A DNA stretch of 64,000 nt from Eledone cirrhosa (GCA_964016885.1 OZ024746.1:19840001-19904000); one strand, 5' to 3'; positions 37,220 to 50,836 are shown, numbered from the stretch's first letter. Made by a program: numbers and translations. Notes: generated by a model from the letters alone, not told the origin.

Positions 37220-38509
37220 GTATGTAATTAATTTCATTACTAATACTATTTTTAATCTTAGCTTACCAACTAAATTGTAATTTATATGCCATTTAACAAA
37301 TGGAATTTAACTTAGCTGCCAAAAATCACTTTCGCGCTACATTATTTTTTTCTGGAAAAATTTCTATTTAATATCTTCTATTTTATAAAGGGTTTTAATA
37401 AATCTTGTTCAGTTTAATTTATTTCTAAAAAGATTTTTTTCATATTCTACCCTAATTGTTCTTTTTGAATATATTGTTTTAATAGTTTCCTTTTATTGAA
37501 TTACTATGAGTTGCAAGATTGAAACTGTTAGACAACTCACCGTCTTCAGTACTTAGTACTAAGTAAACTGTTACATTTTCCTCTTGAGAAAGGTATATAC
37601 AAGTAATTCTGTTTGTTGTAGCTTACTGAAAATAGTTTCTATGTTCGAGGGTCAGCTGAAGAGTTCATAGGCTGACCAAGATACTCTCATGAATTGACCA
37701 AATGAGGTTTATTGAAAATGTACTGTATATACTCGAATATAAGCTGAGGAATATGTAACCAAAAAGTAATTGGTAGAAGTGGGTCAGTTTATATTTGGGG
37801 TCAATATTTTGATGATTTTAACTAACTTCAAATTCTACATAAATAAGGTTTGGATTTTTTCTAAATCATGAAAATGTAATTTTCATGATTCAATTGCTTG
37901 GATCCTTCTGAAAAGCAGATAAAAGGCTTTAATTCTTTACAGTACTTTTTAGCTTTAATTTTCCCTATTCAGTAATTATGGCTATCATATTTCTATATTC
38001 ATATATTTATTTGAATTATATTTGTTTATTCATTTATTTTTCATTTATATATTTTTGAATACCATACTTGACATTTTTGCTTATATTTTCCCATGAAAAT
38101 ATGTTGTAAGCTAATCTCCCCACATCTGCTTTCACATTTTTTTTACTATGGCAACAATTTAATCAAATGTTAAAAAAAAACAAAAAAAAACTAGAAAACA
38201 AAATATTTTTTTCCTTTTATTGATACATATTATTCATGAATTATGTTATTGAACCAAAATTGGAAAGGTTTACAATATTTCCAGGTTTCAGTTGCCGTCT
38301 TCTTCTCCTCCGTCTTCATCTTTTCCTTTTTCTTCTTCACCCACATATTCCTGAGAGGCTCGTGGGGGAAGAGTCCCCAAATATTTCTTCCAGTGGGTCC
38401 TGTCAGATCCGGCTGGATTCCCAAATGAGACCGGTCAAACTTATGGATGTTATGCAACCATCTTGCTTGGGGTCTACTCCTGGGTCTTGGGTTTCAGTAT
38501 TAAAAATTT

Positions 38510-38560
<51 letters not shown>

Positions 38561-39662
38561 TTCTACTTAGAGCTCATATTATAATTAGATTTATACACTG
38601 TTGATCTTTGCTATCAATTAAACATTATACGTTCTTTCTCTATTAACTTCTTTGATTTGCCTAGCTAGTCCTTGGTTGAGCAAATAATTTTATAAGTGGT
38701 GGAATACATGAAGCATATGACCTACAAATTAGGTTTTCTAGCAAATTCAGTGATGAATTTAGTATACATCACATCTGTTCTTTTCATTATAGTTTCTGAG
38801 GTTCTGTTACAAGAGTTCAGGGCTGATTGCCTGGTTCTCTTTACAGAATCTGTCAAAATGTTGCTGAAAAGTTTTTATTTCAAATCTTAATTTAAATAGT
38901 ATGATTCTGAACGCTTAACATCCTATAATGATTTAGCAGAAAATATTTAAAAGCAAGTTTGTTAATTCAAATGTTTCTAGATCTTTATTAGTGATACAGA
39001 TTATTGTAAAGATTTCAATTTTTAATGTGATGTAGACATAGTGTTTGCTAGTTTTGTTTCATACAGTACGGGACATTGAGTTAGAATAAGTTATTCCACC
39101 CCATTCTTCCTCTGTAATTTTGACATTTTTCTGAGGTGATAAGAAGAAAGTGAGGTAAGCATGGGGCTGAAATCTTTCAACTTTTGGAAAGACTTATCTT
39201 AAGAATATGTTTGAAAGAACTGTCCATTTTATATATATATATATATATATAATCATCATCATCGTTTAACATCCATCTTTCACGCTATCATGGGTAGGAC
39301 GGGCTGTCCCTTTGAGGGATCAAGTCGGGGGACCTTGATTTGCTCTCACACAACTAATTCTGGCTTCGTTTCTATGGCTGGATGCCCTTCCGAACACCAA
39401 CCACATTTACAATGTGTACTGGATGCTTTTTGCCATGTCACATACACGACCACTTTATAGAGGAGGTTGGAAACTCGGGAGGGATGGGGAAGATACTTTG
39501 GGAAATTGGGGGCTTAGGTGTAGGGGAGATGGTAGGGAATGGTGTTGCCTATATATAGATTGTTGTTGTTTCAGAGAATGAAAATGGTGCAACATAGAAT
39601 TTGATATATATTTTGTTTTAATTGGATGATATTCTCATGTTCCTTATTTCTATTTCCAACAG

Positions 39663-39852
39663 GACTATGTTATTTGCTCATTGTGAGTGCCCTGAAGAAG
39701 GAACGCGAAATGTTGTTTCAGAATGTCTAGGGAAATTAACTTTGATTGACCCTTCCACATTGCTGAATAATCTTAAAAGTTATTTAGATTCTCCATCACC
39801 TTATACGAGGAGCACTGTTGTTACAGCTGTTAAATTCACCATATCAGACCAG
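39663..39852 (+). CDS. CAND1: CAND1 exon 27 ([30 protein letters not shown]...VKFTISDQ)
   Basis: aacag / gtaaaa; phase 2-0. Confidence 0.95.
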
Positions 39853-40639
39853 GTAAAATCAAATCTGCACTATATCTTATAAGTTGATATCTAATTCAAG
39901 ACATAAGAATTTGTTATACTATTAACTCCTTTCATGTTATGTTTTTAACTCATTTCATATCAAACTATCTGAAACTGTCCTTGGTACTATTTTACAACAC
40001 TGTTTTAAAATATTTATATCTATTTAAAAACGTTCCATCATATCTTTATATAAGAACCTTTAAGTTATGCTCCAAACATCATTTTAATAATGGTTTCTGA
40101 TTTAGGCACAAGGCCAACAATTTGGGCGAGGGTGGGGTTTGTCAATTAAATTGAACCCAATGCGTTACTGGTACTTTATTTTTATCAACGCCATAAGGAT
40201 GAAAGGCAAAGTTGAACTCAGAATGTAAAGGGGCGTAACTATATTCATAGTAAGGGGTGTGGGAGTGTTCTTGGATAGAATGAGGAGTTGGGTACAGTAA
40301 TGAGTCATTAATAAACATAATTTTAATAATGAGAAATTTAATTCTTAATTAATTTCATAATCACAGGCAGTGTCTTTCATTAGAAATATGATAATGAGAG
40401 GATTAATACAAATGTTTTTTTTTATATGTTCCACTCTCCAGTTGTTATCTTATTCCTACATATATTTTTTTATAGGCTGGGTTTGAATGCAGAGTTAGAC
40501 AATTCATAGTCCAATAACACTGTCAGACATAAAACAAATATTGTTTATTCAAATGAAGCCTAGAGGAATATGTGAGAATAGGGTTCTTTAAGGTGATGAG
40601 AGATTGAAGAAATTGAGACAAATTATAATTTTTAAAATG

Positions 40640-40940
40640 GTGGCGAATTGGCAAAGTCATTAGAATGTTGGATAGAATACTTGGCTGTATCTTGCCGAGG
40701 TCAACTTTGCCTTTCATCCATTAGAAGTCGATAAAAAAAGAAGTACCAGTCTAAGACTGGGGTTGATTCTTCCTCTATATCTCTTTCTCACTTCCATTTT
40801 TTTTACTCTCTATCCTTCTCTGGAAGAAATCTGCTGTATTCAGACCTGGAGAGGATTGGGCTCCACCAGGTTTTAAAATGCCCTGGAAACACTGTCAATA
40901 CAGCACCCTTACAACTCCCTCAGGAGTTACGCGACCATGC
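40640..40940 (+). mobile_element. SINE variant with extended 3' region
   Basis: Same tttgcctttcatcc core plus gaagaaatctgctgtattcagacctggaga tail; copies at ~400-640, 8060-8400, 26960-27200, 45300-45590, 51760-52045. Confidence 0.7.
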
Positions 40941-41761
40941 ATAATTTAAAAAAAATAAATAAAAATGAGATGAACATAGAAAATTTAAATTATCACACAA
41001 CTCATTTCAGAAATCAATACATATATAAACTCTTAGTATTTTGGGAATATAAATTTGTACACACCTACCAAAGGTTAAATAGTTGACATGCTAAAAATAG
41101 CGACTAAATCTTTATTTCATCCTACCATCTTGAAAATATAGCATTAGATAATGTGGTTTTGTCATACTTGGGATGCCTTTGATCGTAGGTCTACTCAATC
41201 TGTGTTAATATAGGCTAAATAACAACTCAACTATATCTAATAGAAATGTGAGGATGTTTCTTTTTCTATTTCCTTTCCTGTAGACAGTTTCATTTTACAA
41301 GTGTCACTTGTTAAATGTCTAGATTTTGTTGTTTTGATGATTTGAGTTACAATGGAAAGATTTGATAATAGAGAAAATAATAAAACACTTATTGTCCTTT
41401 GTTTCTCTAAGATTTCTATGTGTTTGTATATTATTTTTATGTGTTTGTATATTATTACCAGTTGTTTATTTAGCTAATGTACTAGCTTGATTTAGATTGG
41501 CAGAGAATGAGTGAAATCATGTAAGCTCTTCTAATTTAGTTATATACTAAGTTGATTTTGAGAAGCACAAGTATTTCTGAAGAATATTTGTCATAACTTG
41601 TGATTCTATTTCTCTCTCTCATCATATTTTTTGTCTGTTTTTATTATGCAATAGCTATTATATGTATTTCCATTGTATCTGTCACATAATGCATTGTGTA
41701 CTCTGTAAAGGACAGGAATATATATATAAACAAAGATTAATAAATAAAGGTATCCACTTAA

Positions 41762-42387
41762 CCCGTTAGTGTTCAAACCGCCCGAAACCATTTATTCAAA
41801 ATACTGGTCCACAACACACATTAGCTCTCGATGCTAAAGCACTGGATTATTTCTTTTTGTTTTTGCCACAAACTTTATTCGAAGATGTGGCAGAAGAGAT
41901 TAATCGATATGCCCAACAACAGATTTCAAATCGAGGAAAACCCAATCTGTTTGGTGACCGACAGATGCTGCGGAAATGCAAGCATTTTTTACCGAAAATG
42001 TTATGTTCGGTATAAAACAATTTCCAAGACTGGAATTACTGGAGCACTGATATATATATGGTTTAGTGATCCTTATATATCAAGTATTATGCCGAAAACA
42101 ACGTATTTAAAATTAAACCAGTATTTGTACCAAAAAGTCAAATTTGACCAAGAAAATCAGGTAAATTATCTAATTGTAAATTATTGACAAAATTTCAAGC
42201 CTGCACATAGAAAATTAACAAACAAATAAAATTGATAACCCTCTTGAGTATGATTAACTCAAAATAATTGTTTCTACTTTTGGCACAAGGCCAGCAATTA
42301 CTCAGTACATTACCGGTACTTTATTTAACTCAAAATAATGCGAACAGATAAGCATGACATTTGAAAATTAATGTGAATGCTAAAGGG
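41762..42387. mobile_element. piggyBac-like TTAA MITE
   Basis: TTAA-CCCGTTAG ... CTAAAGGG-TTAA termini. Confidence 0.6.
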
Positions 42388-42821
42388 TTAATTATGGAGT
42401 GATAATTAAAAGCTTGATATGTTGTTACTATGAACAGTCATATGTAAAATGATTTAATTCCATCTATAACTTTTGATTTTTTATTCAACATATGTGTGTG
42501 TGTGTATATATATATACACACACACACATTCATTTTATGAAGGCTAATTAGTGAGTCCTGTTATTCTGTAATTTTTCCTGTTTATCACAGGATCATCAGA
42601 CTAGAACTAACATTTCAATAGCAGATACAGAATAAATAAGAAAAAAGACTTGAGATGGGGGAGAGATGTTTGAGATAGGGTGGTGGCAGTGGGGGAGGTA
42701 GGGCTGTGTGAAAAGAGGCGATAAAGGATGGTAGTGGGTATAGTCATAGATCAAGAACTAACATTTCAGTGTGTGTTACCTTTTTGGTTTTGTTAATCCA
42801 TTTTATTATATATTTTTTCAG

Positions 42822-43010
42822 CCACAAGGAATAGATTCTTTACTTCGTACGTATATTGGTGATTTCTTGAAAACTTTGCAAGATCCAGACTTAAATGTAC
42901 GCCGAGTTGCTCTGATAACCTTTAATTCTGCTGCGCATAACAAACCTTCTCTTATTAGAGATTTATTGGATTCAATTCTACCACATCTTTACCATGAAAC
43001 AAAAGTCAGA
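42822..43010 (+). CDS. CAND1: CAND1 exon 28 (PQGIDSLLR...[16 protein letters not shown]...ETKVR)
   Basis: ttcag / gtaagt; phase 0-0. Confidence 0.95.
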
Positions 43011-43246
43011 GTAAGTAAAAGTGTTTTATATAAACTTACTAACTGCTTTATTTTTGTTTTCAAAATAAAGCTGGTGAAAACTGATACATCTAGGACAATG
43101 TCTTACATTTTTTCTGTGTAAGATGAGAATTAAAAAATGTGTTTAGATACTTTTCTTTTTGCCATGAGGCTTATAATTAAAATAATAGATAACTACATTA
43201 ATTTTACCTCAGATTTTCTATGTGCTGTGTTATATATATATATATC

Positions 43247-44472
43247 ATCATCATCATCATCATTGTTTAACGTCTATCTTCCATGCTAGACTGTAGGTTT
43301 CACTTTGTACATAGGCAAGGCGGGTCTTCTGTATTACTGCATGGCGCCAAAGATCACAGTCCAGTGACATTGTCTTAGAGAGGTGCAAGTGTGTAAGGTC
43401 GGAATTTATCAAATCAGCCCAGGTTTTTCTGGGTCTACCTACTCTGTAACTTCCATCAATTTTGATCGCCCTGCACTTTTCTATACAGCTGTCGTCTTTC
43501 ATGCGCATCACGTGACCATACCAAGTAGTCTTCTCTCAAGTAAACAGCATCTGACCCTCTTATTCCTAATTTCTCACTTCATTTATGTTTTGCCATTTGC
43601 GTATATTACTATTACACATCCATCGGAGCATGCATGCTTTGTTCCTCTGCAGATTGCGCAGGTCCTCTGTACACAATGCCCATGTCTCACTTCCATGTAA
43701 CATTGCTGTTCGTATACAAACATCATACAATCTTTCATTTTTAGAGAGAAACCTTTAGTGGCCAATAGTGGTATAAGCTCTTTGAACTTTTTCCATCCCA
43801 TTCTGACTCTGGCTACTGTACTTTCAGAGCACCCTCCACCACTGCTGATTTTGTCACCCAGGTAACGGAAAGTGTCCACTATTTCTATAGAACCATCTTC
43901 TACTTATTGCACCTGAGCATCAGCCACATATAAAATCTATGTTCTTAGATAGCTTACCTGTGATCCCACTACATCTTTTATGTACCCATAGTTTGCATTT
44001 AGGACATAAAATGGAATTTCTGCCTACTCCTTTCCTACACACTGAGCATGGCCATTTCCCAGAGGGCACCTGTGCCCTATTTTCCTTTCTACATACTTTA
44101 GTCTTAAACAAGTTAACTTTAAGGCCTTTTGATTCTAGGCCATGCTTCCATGTTTGGAATTTCTTCTCTAGTTCAGCTATGAGAGTTAGATGATCTGTGT
44201 ATAGAAGTTCCCATGGGCAGTCGGTCTTGAACTCCTCTGTTATAGCCTGAAGGGCAATAATAAATAGGAGGTGGCTAAGGACAGAGCCTTGATGAACAAC
44301 TTTTACGCTAACTTCTTCACTATATTCATTGTTAACCTTGCTGACTGTTTCTTTATACATGGCTTGTATAGCTCTCACAAGCCATTCATCTACACCTAGT
44401 TTTCTAAGAGCCCACCAGATAATGAAGAGGGGGACTCTTGTCAAAGGCTTTCTCCAAGTCAACAAAAGCTAT
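43247..44472 (-). mobile_element. 5'-truncated RTE LINE, close relative of 8412-9715, with (gat)n tail
   Basis: ORFs 43920-44465, 43583-43879 and 43260-43511 match the plus-strand copy nearly residue for residue. Confidence 0.9.
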
Positions 44473-44710
44473 AATAACTAACAAATAGTTTATCACTCTA
44501 CATGGCTGAATACAATAAATGTAATCTGAGTTTTTTGAATATTAATAATATTCAATTCGTTTGCAATTATGCAGTTCTGTTTACATGGCAACACAAGAGC
44601 AAGAATGATGGGGTCATTCTACTGACATGGCTTTAAGAGGCTGTTTGCATAATTGCAAACAAATTGAATATTATTATTAATATTCAAAAAACTCGGATTA
44701 CATTTATATA

Positions 44711-44756
<46 letters not shown>

Positions 44757-44970
44757 TATAAATGTAATCCGAGTTTTTTGATGATATATATATATATATA
44801 TATATATATCATCATCATCATCATTGTTTAATGTCCATCTTCCACGCTAACTTGGGTAGGACGGGCTGTCCCTTTGTGAGGGATCAGGTTCAGGTACCGT
44901 GGTTCACTCACAAACTGGTTTTGCCTTGGTTTCTATGGTTGGATGCCCTTCCTAACGCCAACGACACACT

Positions 44971-45260
44971 CATCATCATCATTAATATTTTTACGTCTGT
45001 TTTTCGACAGTTGCGTAAGTTGGACAGGTTCTTTTCAGCACAGCATCTCTCCACGGGTTGTGTTCCTTTGTCATCTTCACAGGAAGTTTCAGTGATTTGA
45101 GATCAGCTCTCACCACCTCTGCCCAGGTCTTCCTTGGCCTTCCTCTACTGTGGCTTCCTTCCACTACTTCACCCATGTACATCACATGTCCATACCAATG
45201 TAGTCTTTTCTCTTGCACACTTTCTGATTTCTCTTATATTCAATTTTTCTCTCACTTCAT
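44971..45260 (-). mobile_element. RTE LINE 3' fragment
   Basis: KRLHWYGHV...RGRPRKTWAEVVRADL. Confidence 0.75.
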
Positions 45261-46060
45261 CCAACTAGTATCTCTCTCTCATTATTACCATAGTAATTAC
45301 ATATGGTGTGCCTAGGGCTTTTTGAAACTTGGAGGAGGCCATCTCCTTTCTTGGTCTGAATACAGCAGATTTCATCCAGAGAAGGATAGAGAGTGAGAAA
45401 TTGGAAGTAAGAAAAAGATATAGGGGAAAAATTGACTCCAGTACGAGACTGGTACTTTTTAAAATTTTTTTCATCGACCTTGAATGGATGAAAGGCAAAA
45501 TTAACCATGGTGGGATTTGAACTCAGCGAGGAGATAGATAGAATGAATACCACACTGTATTCTATCTGACGTTTTAGTGACTGCTAATTCGTACCAGTTT
45601 AGGATATTTTAGGATTTTGATCTGATGGATTAGTTTGCTAATGTTTCAGATTACTAAAAGAAACTACAACAAATTGATTATCTGTTCACTTCATTTTATA
45701 TGTATCATCTCAACAGTGAGGATATTTGGAAAAACTCTAATCTTTTATTGTATGAAGATGTATTTACAATACTCATACACATTGGTCATGATAGTTAAGC
45801 AGTTAATTATTCATTATTTAGGGAGTGGAGAATGTAAGGCATTCCTTTCTTCAGGGTTACTAATGGAGTGAAATAGTTTGTATACCAGTAGCTTTATTAT
45901 AGTTTCACAATGGGACAACTCATCTAACCCATGTTAGCATGGAAAAAGACATTAAACGGTGATGATGATGATGATGATGGTAGTTGTGTGTATAATTATT
46001 GGTACAATCATAAAACTGTCTACAACTGTTAAGTTGTTTTTAACAAAACCTTTTTTACAG

Positions 46061-46132
46061 AAAGAACTAATCAGGGAAGTTGAAATGGGTCCTTTCAAAC
46101 ACACTCTAGATGATGGACTTGACATTCGTAAG
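46061..46132 (+). CDS. CAND1: CAND1 exon 29 ([24 protein letters not shown], beta-hairpin)
   Basis: tacag / gtaagt; phase 0-0. Confidence 0.96.
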
Positions 46133-46542
46133 GTAAGTCACTTCTGATATCTTGAGATGTTAGGTCTTTCAGAATATAATCTGGTTAGTTGGATTGGATT
46201 TCAGTTCACTTCACACACACAGCTAGAAAATCGTGAAAGTAGATAAAGTTTGTTATTTTGATTCCTCTTCCTCCATTATTTGAACTACAAAGTTTATAGA
46301 ATTTCTATTTTGATGTTTGTCAGAAATGTAATGTAATACATTAAGCATGGTAATTAAAAATGGTGCAAAAAATCGCTTTTGATAGGATTTGTTGGAAGGA
46401 GTGTTTGAGGACTCTGCTCCCACGACCCTCTCAGGAATAAGTAGGCAAAGAAGAATGATAATGACATGAAAATAAGTCAATATATTCCATTGTGTAGAAA
46501 TTGGTTTGAATCTCTGCTTTTAGTATTTGTTTTTAATTTTAG

Positions 46543-46714
46543 GCGGCATTTGAATGTATGTATACTCTTCTGGATTCTTGTTTGGATCGAATTGATATCT
46601 TTGAATTCCTAAATCACGTTGAAGATGGTTTGAAAGACCACTATGATATCAAGATGTTAACATACCTGATCCTTGTACGTCTGGCACACCTCTGCTCCAA
46701 TACTGTACTACAAA
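46543..46714 (+). CDS. CAND1: CAND1 exon 30 ([16 protein letters not shown]...LCSNTVLQ)
   Basis: tttag / gtaaga; phase 0-1. Confidence 0.96.
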
Positions 46715-46800
46715 GTAAGATATATTATTATTACTGTTTGTTTTTATCACCAATAGCTATTAAAAATATTTAACATTTTTCTTAAATTTCCATAAGTATC

Positions 46801-46844
<44 letters not shown>

Positions 46845-48398
46845 CAGTATGTGATTCAATTTGCAATTAAATAAACCCGAGTTATGGGATTATTACATCA
46901 CATCATACAAACTTTCTAAGTAGCTTCGTTGCAGTCATTTTAAATAATTGAAGTGATTATTCTATTACGTGTTCCAGCCGACAGGCTGAGGCCATGCTGG
47001 GGCAACATATTTCTTATCAGAACTGATTATATCAGCTTTTTTCTCGGTGATCTCTATATTATAAGATCTGTCAATACAGTTTATAACAATTATTGTCAAA
47101 TACTAACAGTCATCAGTTGTCATCATTTTACTAATTTAACCATACTATTTTTATAAATGATTAATCAATAATGTAATTTCAGATAACTTTGATTTCTGAC
47201 TTCATTTTCAGCCTGTTATCTTTATATATATATATAAACTTATACCAGCTTTGAAGTTTTATCATAACTAGTACTGATTTAAGCCAACATAGATTTATAA
47301 GTGATGAATAGAATTTACTGATTTTTTTTTTTTTTCATTATTACAAGGTTGACTTTGCCTTTCATCCTTACGAGGTCGATAAAATAAAGTACCAGTAATG
47401 CACTGGGTAATTGCTGGCCTTGTGCCTAAAGTAGAAACAATTATTACACGGCAATGAAGATGATGCACACACAGTTCTCTGTTTACAATTGTGCCCTAGT
47501 TTATGTTTGACAAAAAAGTGATTGATAAAATCCCTTTATGGTAATAGTGTGGCTACAGTCTAATAACTAAAACCAATAAAAGAATTAAGAATTATTAAAT
47601 ATTTAAATCCAATGCAAGAAGCTTTTAAACATATTTTGACTTCTTCAGATATCTTCCTTCCAGATCTTTACCTACCTGTATCCTTCAGAGATTTGCAATC
47701 TCTTTTATTTTTTTCATCACCAATCCTCATTTTGTTTCATTCATTTATTGAGTATTTTTTTTATTGTCTCTTTTAACAATTGCTGTTCTCTGCTGGCAAT
47801 ATGGTTCTGAACCAAGTAACATTTGTTAACTGGTTTATTAGAAATATTTCATTAAAAAAAATATAAATGGTAATAATTTAATGAAGAAAAATTGTAACCA
47901 TTCACTTTTTTTTTATTTGATTCATCTTACTAAAACCATCATCATTATTTTCCCTACTCACAAGGATTGGCCAGGTCTACATAGACCAAGTCAATATTGA
48001 AGTGGGACTACTGATCCCCCCAGACAGGCCAGGAACCCGTATCTTACTTACATATGGTCTCACATTCTACCAAGTGCACAGCAGAAGTTTTCATGTCCTT
48101 GAAGCAACTGAAAGGTCTTCCCAATCTTTTGTTTGGCAAGCTTTCTATGGCTGGATTCCCTTCCTATCACCAACCACTTTACAGCATGTACTGGGTGTGT
48201 TTACCCTGAGAATCACCAAACAATATAGTCCAAGTTACTAAAAGCTGTTGCTGTAAAAAAATTGGGTGTTTAGAATTATGAATCCAACCATTATACCTCA
48301 CAGAAGAGCTGCCATCTAATCTGAGTATTGAAATACATGTTATGGTCTTTCAATATATTTGAAAACTGAAATTTATATTTATTTTGGCTTTTATTTAG

Positions 48399-48545
48399 AA
48401 CTGGATCGCTTGGTCGAACCATTGCGAGCAACATGTACTACAAAAGTGAAAGCACACTCAGTGAAACAGGAGTTTGAAAAACAAGATGAATTAAAACGAT
48501 CAGCTATGAGAGCAGTAGCATCATTACTGAATATAACTGATTCAG
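48399..48545 (+). CDS. CAND1: CAND1 exon 31 ([39 protein letters not shown]...)
   Basis: tttag / gtaatg; phase 1-1. Confidence 0.96.
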
Positions 48546-49644
48546 GTAATGTATAATATTTCAATTAACATATCTTCTGCTAAATTTTATGCTCTAATTC
48601 ACAAATGAAATCAAACTGATCCCATTTGTAAAATAGAGTATAAAAGTTGTTCAGTTTGTTTATTATTCAAATTACTAGTTCTGATTTGTTTTGTATTTTG
48701 TTAATTTAGTTCTTTCTGATAGATTAAATTTCACTTTTATGGGCATGGTAAATTAATTAATAGGTGTAAGAGTAATGACTCTATGGATAAACATAAAAAT
48801 TTAAACTTTGTGCCTTACCTGTTAGATTTGTTACAAAAATTATCCATCAATGACCGGGATGTTAACTTCCAACAATTTTAGCACTTTTCTGAACAGGTGA
48901 ATTAATTCAAAATGCAGGTATAATCAGTACAAGATTTTCTCTACATTCCATGCAAATATTTTCATTGAAAAAAAAAAGTATAAAACCCTTTCACCAGTCA
49001 AAATAATATTGGCACTCTTACACAATATACTGGGTAGATTTACATAACAGAATGTCTCCAATTTATAAGTTCATTAACAGGTGTGATGCAGGTGTTTTCG
49101 TATATAATGTGGTCCAATTTTTTTTTTAATATTTTTTTCAATATTGTCAGACAACATTTCTGTTGTAGAATTGGCCAAAACATCCTTTACATAATATCAC
49201 TTTGCAAAAGAACACATAAAGGGGTTTCAGTTTGGTAACCTTTAGCAGTTTTTCTCTTTTGTAAAGAGTGCATTCGCCAAACCTTTTTTGAAAATCATTA
49301 TTTTCTTTGTTCACCTCAGATAATTTTGATTTTCTCCCAGCTCTGCGTTTGCGAGAAATATATCCTCCACGTAGCTGAGATGCAACGTCCACACAAACTT
49401 TCATGTGGCAGATCCTTGTGGCTTTTAGTGAATACAATGAAATAATTCACAATGGTTGAATTCACTAAATGCACAAAATATATCTCCACCATTTCTTTCC
49501 AGGGCGTCCAACTGAGTAATATGCACAATACTGGTCAGGTTTGTCGACACCCACCCACCTATAGTAATATACGTGAACAGCAAAGCATAAATGAACTAAG
49601 AGAGAAACTAGGCATAAGAGGAATCAAATGTTGTGTGCATTTGC

Positions 49645-50112
49645 AGTGTTGTCTTTTATGAGCTTCTTCCTACAAACAGGGCCATCAATTTGGATGTCTA
49701 CTGTGAACAGCTGGATAAATTAAACACAGTGATCCCCCAGAAGCATCCAGACAATACTGGGCTACACACTTTCTTGCAAACGCAACAGAAGTTACTAGGG
49801 CTTGACTGGGAAGTTTTGCCTCCCCCTCCATATTCTTTTGGCCTTTGCTCCTTCAGATTGCTACCTGTTTCGGTATCTTCAAAATTCTTTGAATGGACAG
49901 ACCTTCAATTCTTCAGAAGTTGTGGAAATTCATTTGGAAGGGTCCTTCACCAGTGAAGACAGGAAATTTTTTGAACAGGGAACAATGGATCTACCTAGAA
50001 GATGGCGGAAGGTGCTGGAACAAAATGGCAAATATATCATTGATTGAATAAATTGCTTTGGGTTCAAAACTGTCTCATTTTAACTAAAAATCAGACTTTA
50101 TGACCAACCCAA
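49645..50112 (+). mobile_element. mariner (DD34D) transposase 3' relic with right TIR
   Basis: YELL...YCEQLDKL, WEVLP.PPYS..LAPSDCYLF, LPRRWRKVLEQNGKYIID*; ends gaccaacccaa-TA. Confidence 0.85.
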
Positions 50113-50453
50113 TAGTTTAAATTATTATGGCTGTCTGAGTGCACAGTTGAAACTACTCACTACTTAGCCATAATAAATGAATATATATGTATAACCCATG
50201 TTAGTGTGGAAGATGGATGTTAAACGATGATGATATATGTTTGTGTGTGTAAGTATCATCATCGTTTTACGTCCATTTTTCCATGCTGGCGTGGGTTAGA
50301 CGAGTTGTTCTGTTGTGGGCAATGTTAGGTCAGGTGACCATGACTTGTTCATACAGAACTGATTTATATACATATATATATATATATATGAGAGAGAGAA
50401 GTTTTGTTTTAAATTATCATTAAATTATCATTGCTCTTATCTTTTATTTACAG

Positions 50454-50581
50454 GAAAGAACCCCATTGTGAATGAATTTCTAGTACAAATAAAAGGCAAC
50501 TCAGAACTGTCTGCTATGTTTGAAGCTATACAGAAAGATGTCTCTTCTACTGGATCAGACTCTCTTATGGATATCAGCTGA
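50454..50581 (+). CDS. CAND1: CAND1 last coding exon (KNPIVNEFLVQIKGNSELSAMFEAIQKDVSSTGSDSLMDIS*)
   Basis: tacag acceptor; TGA at 50579-50581; matches CAND1 C-terminus. Confidence 0.94.
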
Positions 50582-50680
50582 ATGCTCCCTCTCCCTTTCT
50601 AGCTCCAATTTTATTATATCTTATCATCCTCTGTGCCTTTATTTACAGCTTGTCTCTTCATGTTCACAGTGATACTAACA

Positions 50681-50759
50681 AATAAATAACTAAATACATT
50701 AACAAACACCATAAAAAGGTATAGAAGCAAACAGTTTCTCTGCTAACAAGTGAAATAAA
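50681..50759 (+). terminator. Candidate polyadenylation signals (AATAAA at 50681 and 50754)
   Basis: Hexamers 100-175 nt after the stop; the background is AT-rich, so the true 3' end is uncertain. Confidence 0.35.
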
Positions 50760-50836
50760 GATTTGAGTTTCACTTTTTTCCAGAGAATATCTTTTTACTT
50801 AGGAATTAAATATATTATTGCCCCACCCCACCTCTT

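Larger units (their letters stand above)
781..50581 (+). other. CAND1: CAND1 gene span (32 coding exons in window; first coding exon upstream of window)
   Basis: Spliced translation follows human CAND1 colinearly from [17 protein letters not shown] to MDIS*; exon lengths sum to 3669 nt with compatible phases at every junction. Confidence 0.97.

Noticed and set aside
41831-42187. 118-aa ORF and other short ORFs in the track as novel genes
   Set aside because: No recognisable motifs; they lie in MITEs, microsatellites or the antisense strand of TEs and exons
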